Shown piece after piece: positions 36,112 to 44,706 of a stretch of 64,000 nucleotides of DNA. The first letter of the stretch is position 1; every line of letters starts with the position of its first letter. The stretch is taken from contig DVFI01000026.1 of the NCBI GenBank assembly GCA_018713305.1, forward strand, positions 5,484 to 69,483, given 5' to 3'. This DNA is from Candidatus Avichristensenella intestinipullorum (GTDB lineage: Bacteria; Bacillota; Clostridia; Christensenellales; Aristaeellaceae). A program made the translations under genes and the position numbers. The notes under the pieces are model-generated. The model saw only the letters and a list, made by a program, of their open reading frames with translations, was not told the origin of the DNA and made no database searches.

Positions 36112-36618
36112 TCACATGCCGCAGGGCTTCCGTTCTTTTGTGGTCATCTCCTCCGCCGCGCACTGTCCCTGCAGGCGCTCGAGGATTGGCGCGATGTATT
36201 TCCTGTCGGAAATGTCGTAGGAAGAAGAAACCATCTTCAGCATTTCCTGTTCCGCCTCGGTCTTGTCCTTTTTCGCCCCCAGCGCTTTGGTGAACATTTT
36301 CATCATCAGCCTGGAAGGAAGCGGCATGCTCTCATAGCGGAACCCGCCCGGGCAGTAAAACGCCTCCACCCCTTCCATGTCCGGCGTTTGAAAGTTTTTC
36401 TCCAGAAACTGCCGGATTTCCGGGTTGTTGGCCGGGCTTGCGCCGACGCAGAAAACCATCAGCTTTTTGTCCGGCCACTGGCTCACATGGCTTCGAAACC
36501 AGCCGAGCTTGCTCAGGCTGCCGGCGCACGCCCAGCTGCCGAACACAATGGCTTCGTATGTTCCGTGAAAGCCCGCGGGATGTTTGCGCAGGATGTTTGC
36601 GCGGCCTGTCCGCCGCGG
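36112..36618 (-). pseudogene. 5'-truncated flavodoxin-like (Flavodoxin_5/HemG-like) gene remnant
   Basis: YEAIVFGSWACAGSL...KKLMVFCVGASP matches the middle and C-terminal parts of flavodoxin-domain proteins. The N-terminal MK.LIVY.S..G.T strand-loop is absent, there is no start codon or RBS after the upstream gene's stop at 36620, and the rest of the frame overlaps that gene. Confidence 0.4.
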
Positions 36619-36619
36619 C

Positions 36620-38005
36620 TTATCGCACCTTATGATACGTCCTCGTCTCCGGCTCGCGCTCAAAGCCCGCGCCGACGACGGTCTCCTCCAGCGTATCGCC
36701 CACAAAGCGCAGGCGGGCATGGCGCGTGAACGGGGCGTCCGGCACGCGCAGCACCGTCTCCAGCGCGCCGTCACGCCACCCGTAGGCCGCCAGACAGCCC
36801 GTCTCGGCGCCCCGATAGCGTATACTGCCCTGCAACAGCGTGCCCGGGCCGAAGCGCATATCCTGCACGCCGCCTTCCTCCTCCGCCGTCAGGCGCAGCA
36901 CGCCGCCTTCCAGCGCCACCTCCAGCGCGTGCCCCCGTCCGTCCTCATACCGTCCGACGACGCGCTGCGGAGGCCGTTCGCCGCATTCGGGCACGGGACA
37001 GGTCAGCGCCGCCGTCCGCTCGCGCAGGCGCTCCTGCTCCGCCTCGTCCCCGCCCGGCATGCCGATGGCCGACAGCAGCGTGCCGCGCAGCAGGTCCACC
37101 TCCGCGCCCATGTCCAGAAGGCCCGCCGTCACGGCAAGGACCGCATCCCGCTCCGGCTCTATCCAGCAGAGCTGGCCGTACATGCCGTCCCCCCGGTAGG
37201 CGCCGTCCCGGCAGCGCCAGAACTGATAGCCATATCCCTGTTCCCAGTCCGGGTGCGCGCCCCGGCCGCTGTTGTCGATTTTCCGGCTCGTCGCCATATC
37301 CACCCAGCCTTCCGGCAGCACGCGCGTTCCGCCCCATACGCCGTCGCGCAGCAGAAGCTGGCCGAACTTCGCCACGTCCAGCGTGGACAGGTGCAGGCCC
37401 CAGCCGCCGCAGCTGACGCCCTGCGGGCTTTCGTCCCAGCGCGGCGTTTCGATGCCCAGCGGCGCGAACAGGCGCGGCGTCAGATACGCCAGCACGGTCA
37501 TCCCGGTACGGCGCTGCACGGCCTGCGAGCAGAGGAACGTCCCCATGCTGTTATACTGAAAATGCGTGCCGGGCGTATGCTCCACCGGGAAGGACAGCAC
37601 CCGCTTCGCCCAGTCGGGCTGCTCGGGGTCAATGCCGTCGGAAGCTGCCGAAAGGCCCGAGCCCATGCACAGCAGGTCGTGAATCGTCACGGCCTTCAGC
37701 AGGGCCGAAGCGCCGTCCGGCGCTTTGTCGGGCAGGATATCGCAGATGCGTTCGTCATAGGCCATCAAGCCCTCCGCCACGGCAAAGCCGACCGCCGCGG
37801 AGGTGAAAGACTTGCTGAGCGAAAAGAGCACGTGCGGCGTGCGCACATCATAAGGGCTGACGGACATTTCCCAGGCAATTTGTCCGTGGCGCAGCAGCAC
37901 GACGCTGTGCAATTCCAGGGAGGACGCGGCCAGTGCGTCCAAAAAGCGGTTCAGCCCCGCAGACGATACGCCGACCGTCTCCGGCGAGGCGGCATATTTC
38001 AACAT
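36620..38005 (-). CDS. beta-lactamase-fold serine hydrolase (class C / PBP4*-like family)
   Basis: SxxK motif FSLSKSFTSAAVG, a YxN-like region, no signal peptide. ATG 38005 lies behind GGAGGGA. Confidence 0.8.
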   Translation of the reverse strand: MLKYAASPETVGVSSAGLNRFLDALAASSLELHSVVLLRHGQIAWEMSVSPYDVRTPHVLFSLSKSFTSAAVGFAVAEGLMAYDERICDILPDKAPDGASALLKAVTIHDLLCMGSGLSAASDGIDPEQPDWAKRVLSFPVEHTPGTHFQYNSMGTFLCSQAVQRRTGMTVLAYLTPRLFAPLGIETPRWDESPQGVSCGGWGLHLSTLDVAKFGQLLLRDGVWGGTRVLPEGWVDMATSRKIDNSGRGAHPDWEQGYGYQFWRCRDGAYRGDGMYGQLCWIEPERDAVLAVTAGLLDMGAEVDLLRGTLLSAIGMPGGDEAEQERLRERTAALTCPVPECGERPPQRVVGRYEDGRGHALEVALEGGVLRLTAEEEGGVQDMRFGPGTLLQGSIRYRGAETGCLAAYGWRDGALETVLRVPDAPFTRHARLRFVGDTLEETVVGAGFEREPETRTYHKVR

Positions 38006-38383
38006 TTCGCATCCCTCCGTCGCATCCAAATGTATTCATCCTAGCACGGCGGTCCGCGGCTGTCAACTTTTGCGCCCGTTGCCGAGGCGCAGCGTCCCTC
38101 GCCGTGGCACGCACCCTGTTGCGCGGCGCAGGAAACGCCCCGCAGGGCCGGCGGGGGCCCGCCGGGCGCTTTCAGACGGATGCATGCGCTCCTCTCCACC
38201 GGTCGCTCCCGTCGTCCCGTATTTTTTCTGTCCCCCTCCACTCCGGGCGTTTTTCTTCCCGCTTTTTTGCTCCTGCTCTCATACCGCGGCTTCGGAGGCA
38301 AGAGTTTTTTTCCCAGAAATTGAAGGAAAAGGGAATGTGTTTCGTATTATAGGCAGAACATGCCGGGTCTGGAGGTGAAACGC

Positions 38384-39499
38384 GTGAGGAAACGCGCGGC
38401 CATATGGCTGCTTGCGCTGGCATTGCTGTCGTCCGGACAGGCGCTGGCGCAGGCCATGGAAACGGACGAGGCAGGCTTTGCGCAGTGCTGTCGTCTGCTG
38501 AACTGGTATCCCGGTGAAGCATGGACGCTGGACGGCTATCAGCTGGCGGACATGAACGGAGACGGCGTGACCGACCTGGTCGCCGTGCTGCGCGGACAGG
38601 ACGGCGTTTCACGCCGGCTTGTCACCGCCATCAGCACCCCGGAAGGCTATTCGCTCCATGAGAACGACAGGGCGCTGCCGCCCGAATCCCCCCAGAGCCC
38701 CGCCTCCGAGATTGACGCGCAGAACGGCGCGCTCGTGCTGCGCACGCGCGCCACGGGGGACACGACGCGGGAGAGCACCTATACGTTTGTGCAAAACGGC
38801 GACGCCCTTGTGCTGGGCGCCATGGAGACCGTCTCCTGGCAGGAAGCGTCCGGCGAGGCGGCGCGCGAGTGCTTCGACTTTTCGGCCGGCAGCTACCTGC
38901 AGCAGTCCGGCCTGCGCAACGGCTCGGGGTTTTCCGTCTCCGAAACCACGGCCGAATATACGTTCCTTCCCGAAACCCTGGCGTTCGACGCCTTCGACAT
39001 CGCTTCCTTCCCGACGACCTGGGATGATTTTGCCGGAGACGCCGCCGTACAGCCGGCGCAGCCCACGGGCACGGCCGCTGCGGCGGAATCGGACGAACTG
39101 GCGCAGGACGCGCCCGTCGTCTGTCCGGCATGCGGGGAATCCTTCGGGGATGCGTCCGCCTTCGCGGCGCATGTGTGCGTGGTCTACCCGCAGACGGGCC
39201 GGATGTATTGCGACGTTTGCGGCGGATGGTACGAAGAAGGCGAGGCGTTCCGCATGCACGGCTGCCAGAGCCAGGACGCTGCGCCCACGCCCACGCCGGC
39301 CGTGGCCAACACCGCAGACGCCGAAACCGCCGGGCAGCAGATTCTCTGCGAGGTCTGCGGCCAGACCTTCCCGGAAGGCGAGGCGTTCCGTTCCCATGTC
39401 TGCGTCTCCCGTCCCCCGGACGGGCTGGTCTATTGCGACGTATGCGGCCGCTACTTTGAAGAAGGCGCCGCGTTTCGCGACCATCTCTGCGCGCCGTAG
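38384..39499 (+). CDS. secreted hypothetical protein with an FG-GAP/VCBS-like DxNGDG loop and four C-terminal CX2CX12HXC zinc-finger-like motifs
   Basis: GTG 38384 lies 7 nt after GGAGGTG (an ATG alternative is at 38360). Signal peptide RKRAAIWLLALALLSSGQALA-QA. DMNGDGVTDLV. Motifs at residues 255-273, 284-302, 330-348 and 359-377, numbered from 38360. Confidence 0.7.
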   Translation: MRKRAAIWLLALALLSSGQALAQAMETDEAGFAQCCRLLNWYPGEAWTLDGYQLADMNGDGVTDLVAVLRGQDGVSRRLVTAISTPEGYSLHENDRALPPESPQSPASEIDAQNGALVLRTRATGDTTRESTYTFVQNGDALVLGAMETVSWQEASGEAARECFDFSAGSYLQQSGLRNGSGFSVSETTAEYTFLPETLAFDAFDIASFPTTWDDFAGDAAVQPAQPTGTAAAAESDELAQDAPVVCPACGESFGDASAFAAHVCVVYPQTGRMYCDVCGGWYEEGEAFRMHGCQSQDAAPTPTPAVANTADAETAGQQILCEVCGQTFPEGEAFRSHVCVSRPPDGLVYCDVCGRYFEEGAAFRDHLCAP

Positions 39500-39547
39500 T
39501 CGCCCATGCCGCGCCCGCCGGAACGGGCGGTGAGATAAGGATTTTTT

Positions 39548-39583
39548 GAGGGACGACATACCGTCGTCCCTCTCTGTTTTCTT
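39548..39583 (+). terminator. intrinsic terminator after the zinc-finger protein gene
   Basis: GAGGGACGAC-atacc-GTCGTCCCTC followed by TCTGTTTTCTT. Confidence 0.7.
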
Positions 39584-39912
39584 AACACACCCCGCCTCGG
39601 GCGCGCATATTTTTCGCAGCGCCGGGCACGCATTCCCGAAACATGCACAAAACGGACGGCATGCCGTCCGTTTCGACCGTCGACAAAGACTTGTCGGCGG
39701 TCTTTCGCTGCAAGGCTGTTTCTCAGCCTTGCAGCGGAGGGAACATCATGTTCCTGTGCGCGAAGCGCACGGCCGGAACATGATAGCGGAAGCGGCTTGC
39801 AGCCGCTCCTCGCGGCGTACACGCCGCCGCTGCGGATGGCACAGGAAGGGGCTTGCCGCCCCTTCCTGCATCCCCGCAAAAGTGTTCTTCATTTGTCGAT
39901 ACGCTGAGGCAC

Positions 39913-39982
39913 CGCCGGGTTCGGATTTCATTTGGAGGGCTTCGGCCCTCCAAGCCTCCCCCAATGGGTTTTTCAACGGTCT
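39913..39982 (+). repeat. copy B of the ~70-nt structured intergenic element
   Basis: See copy A. It has the same 5' box, UUCG hairpin and 3' box, and is followed by the hairpin ACGGACGG-gataa-CCGTCCGT. Confidence 0.8.
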
Positions 39983-40078
39983 GAAACGGACGGGATAACC
40001 GTCCGTTCCGCATTGGGGGCCGCCGAGGCCGGCACTGCCGGCCGTCCGAAGCCCGCCTGCGCGGGCTTTTTCCGCGTT

Positions 40079-41026
40079 TTACAGCCCGTATTCCTTGCGA
40101 TACCGCTCCAATTCGGAGGGGGAGCAGAGCACGAAATGCTCCGGCTCGATTTCGACCATGGAGGGTTGTTCCTGCGAATAGTCATGGTCGCGGTGGGGGT
40201 CATAGTCCACGCGCTTGCGCTTGCGCTCCGTAATGGGGTTGGGTTCCGGAATGGCGGAGAGCAGCGCGCGGGTATAGGGGTGCAGGGGCTTTTTGTACAA
40301 ATCGTCGCCGCGTGCCATTTCCACCATGCGCCCGTAGTACATCACGCCGATGCGGTCGGAGAAGTACTTGACGACCGACAGGTTGTGCGCGATGAACAGG
40401 ATGGTCAGGCCCATTTCCTCCTTCAGGTCGTTGAGCAGGTTGATGACCTGCGCCTGGATGGAGACATCCAGCGCGGAGACCGGCTCGTCGGCGATGATCA
40501 TCTTGGGCTTGATAATCATGGCGCGCGCGATGCCGATGCGCTGGCGCTGGCCGCCGGAAAACTCGTGCGGGTAGCGCGTCGCGTGTTCGTCGGTCAGCCC
40601 GACCTTCTCCAGCATTTCGCGCACGCGGCGGCGCACTTCCGCCTTGTCCTTCATGCCGCGCACCCGGAGGCCTTCGCCGACGATTTCTTCGATGGTCATC
40701 CTGGGATTGAGCGACTCGATGGGGTCCTGGAATATCATGGCGATATTGTCGGTCAGGTATTTGCGCAGCTCGCGCGTCATGGGACCGGCCACGTTCCGCC
40801 CCTCAAAGAACACTTCGCCGGAGGTGGGGTTATACAGGCGGATGATGGTGCGTCCGGTCGTCGTCTTGCCGCAGCCGGATTCGCCCACCAGGCCGAACGT
40901 TTCCGCGGGCTTGACGCCGAAGCTGACGTCGTCGACCGCCTTGACGGTCAGTTTGTTCCTTCCCCGGCCGGAAGTGAAATACTGGCAGAGGTTTTTGACC
41001 TCCAGAATATACTTCTCGTCAGCCAT
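40079..41026 (-). CDS. oppF: oligopeptide ABC transporter ATP-binding protein OppF
   Basis: GESGCGKTT, FSGGQRQRIGIARA, IIADEPVSALD, and a C-terminal oligopeptide-ABC tail. ATG 41026 (MADEKYILEVKNL). Confidence 0.85.
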   Translation of the reverse strand: MADEKYILEVKNLCQYFTSGRGRNKLTVKAVDDVSFGVKPAETFGLVGESGCGKTTTGRTIIRLYNPTSGEVFFEGRNVAGPMTRELRKYLTDNIAMIFQDPIESLNPRMTIEEIVGEGLRVRGMKDKAEVRRRVREMLEKVGLTDEHATRYPHEFSGGQRQRIGIARAMIIKPKMIIADEPVSALDVSIQAQVINLLNDLKEEMGLTILFIAHNLSVVKYFSDRIGVMYYGRMVEMARGDDLYKKPLHPYTRALLSAIPEPNPITERKRKRVDYDPHRDHDYSQEQPSMVEIEPEHFVLCSPSELERYRKEYGL

Positions 41027-42074
41027 CGAGCGCTTCACTTCCTTTCATTCGGTCGATTCTCGCCTGGAGCACATCGGGAAGCGGTACCTTGGGCGCCTTG
41101 GGATGCAGGAGCCAGGTCGCCGCGCGATGGGTCGGAGAAAGCTGGAAATAAGGGGGTTCGCGCTCGAAGTCAATTTTCATGGCATACCTGTTGCGCGCCG
41201 CGAACGCGTCGCCCTTGGGCGGGAAAATCATGTTCGGCGGCGTTCCGGGGATGGCCATCAGCCGTTCTTTGGTCTGCAGGTCGGGCATCGAGCTCAGCAG
41301 CGCCCAGGTATAGGGGTGCGCCGGCTGGAAGAATACCTCTTCGCTCGTGCCGCACTCGACAATCTTGCCCGCATACATGACGTTGACGCGGTCCGCCATA
41401 TTGGCCACGACGCCCAGGTCATGGGTAATGAAAATTACGGACAGGTGCCGCGCTTCCTTGATTTTGTTGATGAGCTCCAGAATCTTCGCCTGCACCGTGA
41501 CGTCCAGGGCGGTGGTGGGCTCGTCGCAGATGAGGATTTCCGGGTCGCCCGCCAGCGCGATGGCAATCACGATGCGCTGGCGCATGCCGCCGGAAAACTG
41601 GAACGGATACTGGTTGAAGCGGCGCTCCGCTTCGGGGATGCCGACCGCCCGCATCAGCCCCAGCGCCTGGTTTTTCGCATCTTCCCTGTTGATTTTCTTG
41701 GTCAGGTGCAGCACCTCGGTAATCTGCTTGCCGATTTTCATAATCGGATTCAGAGCCGAAAGCGGGTCCTGGAAAATCAGGCCGATGCGCTTGCCGCGGA
41801 TTTTATGGAAATCGTCTTCCGTGACCTTGGTCAAATCCATGCCGCCGTACTGAATGCTCCCGCTTTCAATGATGGCGTTGCCCGGCAGGATGCCCATGAT
41901 GGCCTTGATGCTGACGGACTTGCCCGAGCCGGACTCGCCCACGATGGCAACCGTTTCGCCGCGCTTGAGGTCGAAGCTGACCCCGCGCACCGCGCGCACC
42001 ATGCCGCCGTAGACCTTAAAGGAGATACGAAGGTCGTCCACCTTCAGGATGGTGTCGTTGGGATGAATGGCCAT
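41019..42074 (-). CDS. oppD: oligopeptide ABC transporter ATP-binding protein OppD
   Basis: [38 protein letters not shown] 42074 lies just after the oppC stop, behind GGAGGAG. Confidence 0.85.
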   Translation of the reverse strand: MAIHPNDTILKVDDLRISFKVYGGMVRAVRGVSFDLKRGETVAIVGESGSGKSVSIKAIMGILPGNAIIESGSIQYGGMDLTKVTEDDFHKIRGKRIGLIFQDPLSALNPIMKIGKQITEVLHLTKKINREDAKNQALGLMRAVGIPEAERRFNQYPFQFSGGMRQRIVIAIALAGDPEILICDEPTTALDVTVQAKILELINKIKEARHLSVIFITHDLGVVANMADRVNVMYAGKIVECGTSEEVFFQPAHPYTWALLSSMPDLQTKERLMAIPGTPPNMIFPPKGDAFAARNRYAMKIDFEREPPYFQLSPTHRAATWLLHPKAPKVPLPDVLQARIDRMKGSEALDG

Positions 42075-42075
42075 G

Positions 42076-43230
42076 TTACTCCTCCTCTCCGCGCCTGGTC
42101 GGGTCAAGAGCGTCTCTTAAGCCGTTGGCGAACAGGTTGAAGGCTATCATCAGCACCGAAATCAGAATGGCCGGGAACAGCGTCTGGTACGGATACTGGA
42201 GCAGCACGTCCTGTCCATCGGAAAGCAGAACGCCAATGGAGGGCTCCGGCGGCTTGATGCCCAGGCCGATGTACGCCAGGAACGATTCGGAGAAAATCGC
42301 GCCGGGGATGGCAATCATCGCGCGGGTAATCAGCGGGCCCACGGTATTGGGCAGGATATGGCGGAATATCAGCTTGATGTCCGGCGTGCCCAGCGTGCGG
42401 GCGGCCAATACGTACTCGCGCCCCTTAAAGCGGTAGAACTGCGCGCGAATCAATCGCGCCGTGCCAATCCAGCCCGTGACGGTCAGCGCCAGAATAATGG
42501 AAAACATGCCCGAACCGAACAGAATCATAAACAGGATGGTCACCACGATATATGGCAAACCGTCCAGGACCTCGGCCAGGTGGGTCATCACCATGTCCAC
42601 CTTGCCGCCGTAATAGCCCGCTACGGAGCCATAGATTACGCCGATAATGACGTTGGTCACCACCGACAGGAGCGCAATCAGCAGCGAAATGCGCGCGCCC
42701 TGGAAGAGCCGGGTCATCAGGTCGCGGCCCAGGTAGTCCGTGCCGAACCAGTGATACTCGCCCTCCGGCACGCCCGCGTACAGGTAGGCGTCGATTTTCA
42801 CGTCCACCACCGGCACGCCGTTGGCCTCATACTCCCGGATGATTTCCAGCACGCATCCTTCGGGGAAGCGGTTGGTATCCTCCAGGCTGCTTTTTTTCCG
42901 GTTGGTCAACACGCGCGTGCCGTCGGCAATGCCCAAATCCTCCAGGAACGGAATCTTGGGCGGCAGGTTTTTCTGCCGGACCGACTGCTCCGTGTAGGTA
43001 TATCCGGTAATGCTGGGCACCAGAAGCGAGAGGATCACAATCGCCATGATAATCCAGAACGAGACGACCGATATCTTGCTCTTTCTCAGACGAAAGAGCG
43101 CATCCTTGAAGAAGCCCACGGGCTTGGTCTTGAACTTCTCGTCCTTAATCTCCCCCGCCTGCACCATTTCAAAATCGGAATCCGGAAGATTGAGAAGTTC
43201 CTCGGGCAGGCCATGGTTCTTATCAACCAT
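42076..43230 (-). CDS. oppC: oligopeptide ABC transporter permease OppC (with long N-terminal extension)
   Basis: BPD-transport EAA-like region (LAARTLGTPDIKLIFRHILPN), six TM helices. Confidence 0.85.
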   Translation of the reverse strand: MVDKNHGLPEELLNLPDSDFEMVQAGEIKDEKFKTKPVGFFKDALFRLRKSKISVVSFWIIMAIVILSLLVPSITGYTYTEQSVRQKNLPPKIPFLEDLGIADGTRVLTNRKKSSLEDTNRFPEGCVLEIIREYEANGVPVVDVKIDAYLYAGVPEGEYHWFGTDYLGRDLMTRLFQGARISLLIALLSVVTNVIIGVIYGSVAGYYGGKVDMVMTHLAEVLDGLPYIVVTILFMILFGSGMFSIILALTVTGWIGTARLIRAQFYRFKGREYVLAARTLGTPDIKLIFRHILPNTVGPLITRAMIAIPGAIFSESFLAYIGLGIKPPEPSIGVLLSDGQDVLLQYPYQTLFPAILISVLMIAFNLFANGLRDALDPTRRGEEE

Positions 43231-44180
43231 TATTTTCCACCTCCGATTCTGATGCGCGGGTCAATGAAACCGTAGGAGATATCCACGATGAGGATGGTGC
43301 ACAGCGAAATCGTCGAATAGAAAATCAGCAGCGCCACCGTCAGGAAATGGTCGCCGGCCAGAATGGAATCAATCAGCAGACCGCCCATGCCGGGCACCGC
43401 GAACATTTTTTCCACCACCAGCGAGCCGCCCATAATGCCCGTAATCATCGGGATGATGGTATTGGCGATGGGCACCAGGGAGTTCCTGAACGCATGCCTG
43501 ACCGTCGCCTGCGCGCGGGTCAGGCCCTTGGTGCGCGCCAGCAGCAGGTACTCCGAGGAAAGCGTCTCAATCAGCTCGCCGCGCAGGTATCGCGCAATGG
43601 TCGCTATCGGATTGAGCGCCAGGGCGATAATGGGCAGGGTCAGCGAGTGCAGCGTGCCGAAAAAGGAAGTGGCCGTGGAATCATATAGCGTGGGAAAAAT
43701 CGGCCATCGGAACGTAAAACAGTATTGCAGCAACGAGGCGAACACAAAGGACGGCACGGAGATGCAGATGACAATCAGGAAAGAAATGATGTTGTCCGCC
43801 GCCTTGTTGCGTCTCAGCGCCGCAATCGTGCCAAAGATCACGCCCAATGGCAGAGATATCAGCAAAGAGAGGAAGTTCAGCTGTACCGTAGGCGGAATGC
43901 GGGAGGAGAGGATTTCAAACACGTCCATCCGCGGCCGAACCTTGACCGACGTGCCAAACTCACCCTCCAGAATAATGCCCTCCAGAAAGTAATAGTACTG
44001 CAACAGCATGGGCTTATCCAGATGCATCTCCGACATCAGCAGCTTCTGAATATCCGGAGGGATATTCGGATTTTCAAAGATGCTCATCGGCATCAGACGG
44101 ATGATCCAGAATGACAGCGTCATAATCAGGAACAGCGTCAGCAACATCGCGCCGATTCGTCTGAGGATGTACTTGAACAA
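43230..44180 (-). CDS. oppB: oligopeptide ABC transporter permease OppB
   Basis: (M)FKYILRRIGAMLLTLF... is a typical OppB N-terminus. TTG 44180 lies 6 nt after GGGAGGG. The 128-residue upstream extension in the ORF track is Arg/Gly/Ala junk. Confidence 0.8.
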   Translation of the reverse strand: MFKYILRRIGAMLLTLFLIMTLSFWIIRLMPMSIFENPNIPPDIQKLLMSEMHLDKPMLLQYYYFLEGIILEGEFGTSVKVRPRMDVFEILSSRIPPTVQLNFLSLLISLPLGVIFGTIAALRRNKAADNIISFLIVICISVPSFVFASLLQYCFTFRWPIFPTLYDSTATSFFGTLHSLTLPIIALALNPIATIARYLRGELIETLSSEYLLLARTKGLTRAQATVRHAFRNSLVPIANTIIPMITGIMGGSLVVEKMFAVPGMGGLLIDSILAGDHFLTVALLIFYSTISLCTILIVDISYGFIDPRIRIGGGK

Positions 44181-44706
44181 TGAGAACCCTCCCATCTTTT
44201 CCGGGAGAAGCAGGTCGGAACCATTCGTCCCAGCAAGATTTTTTTCTTCGTCGAAAAAGCCTGCCTTTGGCTTTGTTTCCCGCCGGAGCACGCCGCCTGT
44301 CGGCACTGCGCGCCTTCCGGCCGCCTCGGCGGGCCGGAGAGCCTTGCCCGGCAAGGCCGGAGTATTGACAAAGCCCCGTCGAACCCCCATAAAATCAAAA
44401 CAGACGGCCTGTGGCGTCAGTTTTGCGCGCGTTTCGGGCGCAAACGCCTGCGTGTTTGCCCGAAACACGCCTTCCTGCGCCGGACGCCGCCCAAAGCATC
44501 CGCAAAGGCCCGGACGGCCGGCTCCTCCCCGCCTGCTCAGCATGCTGCGGCGGTTTGGATTCCGGCCCCACCGCACACGTCGCTGGGGCCGGAGGGAAGC
44601 CGGAGGGTCCTATGGCCCTTCCGGCCTCCCGCAGGGGCTTCTGACGGGCTGGGATGTGCCGCACCGGGGCGGCACATTCCTCCTGTCATGGCGCCCGTCG
44701 TTCGTC

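Noticed and set aside
8261-39982. Copies A and B of the 70-nt element as attL/attR of a 31.6-kb integrated element
   Set aside because: The interval is filled with core housekeeping genes (alaS, mutS2, relA, recJ, asd, dapA, dapB) and has no integrase, transposase or phage genes. A third copy lies outside the interval.
44374-44389. tmRNA-like 5' sequence (minus strand UGGGGGUUCGACGGGG) in the oppA-oppB spacer
   Set aside because: This is only a short resemblance to the GGGG...GAUUCGAC acceptor/T-arm motif. There is no tag-peptide reading frame, no 3' tRNA-like GGUUCGAAUCC...CCA end, and the context is wrong.
43230-44576. 448-aa version of OppB with a 128-residue N-terminal extension
   Set aside because: The extension is Arg/Gly/Ala-rich and lies in the structured spacer. 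The conserved OppB N-terminus (FKYILRRIG) begins at a TTG with a properly spaced GGGAGGG RBS.
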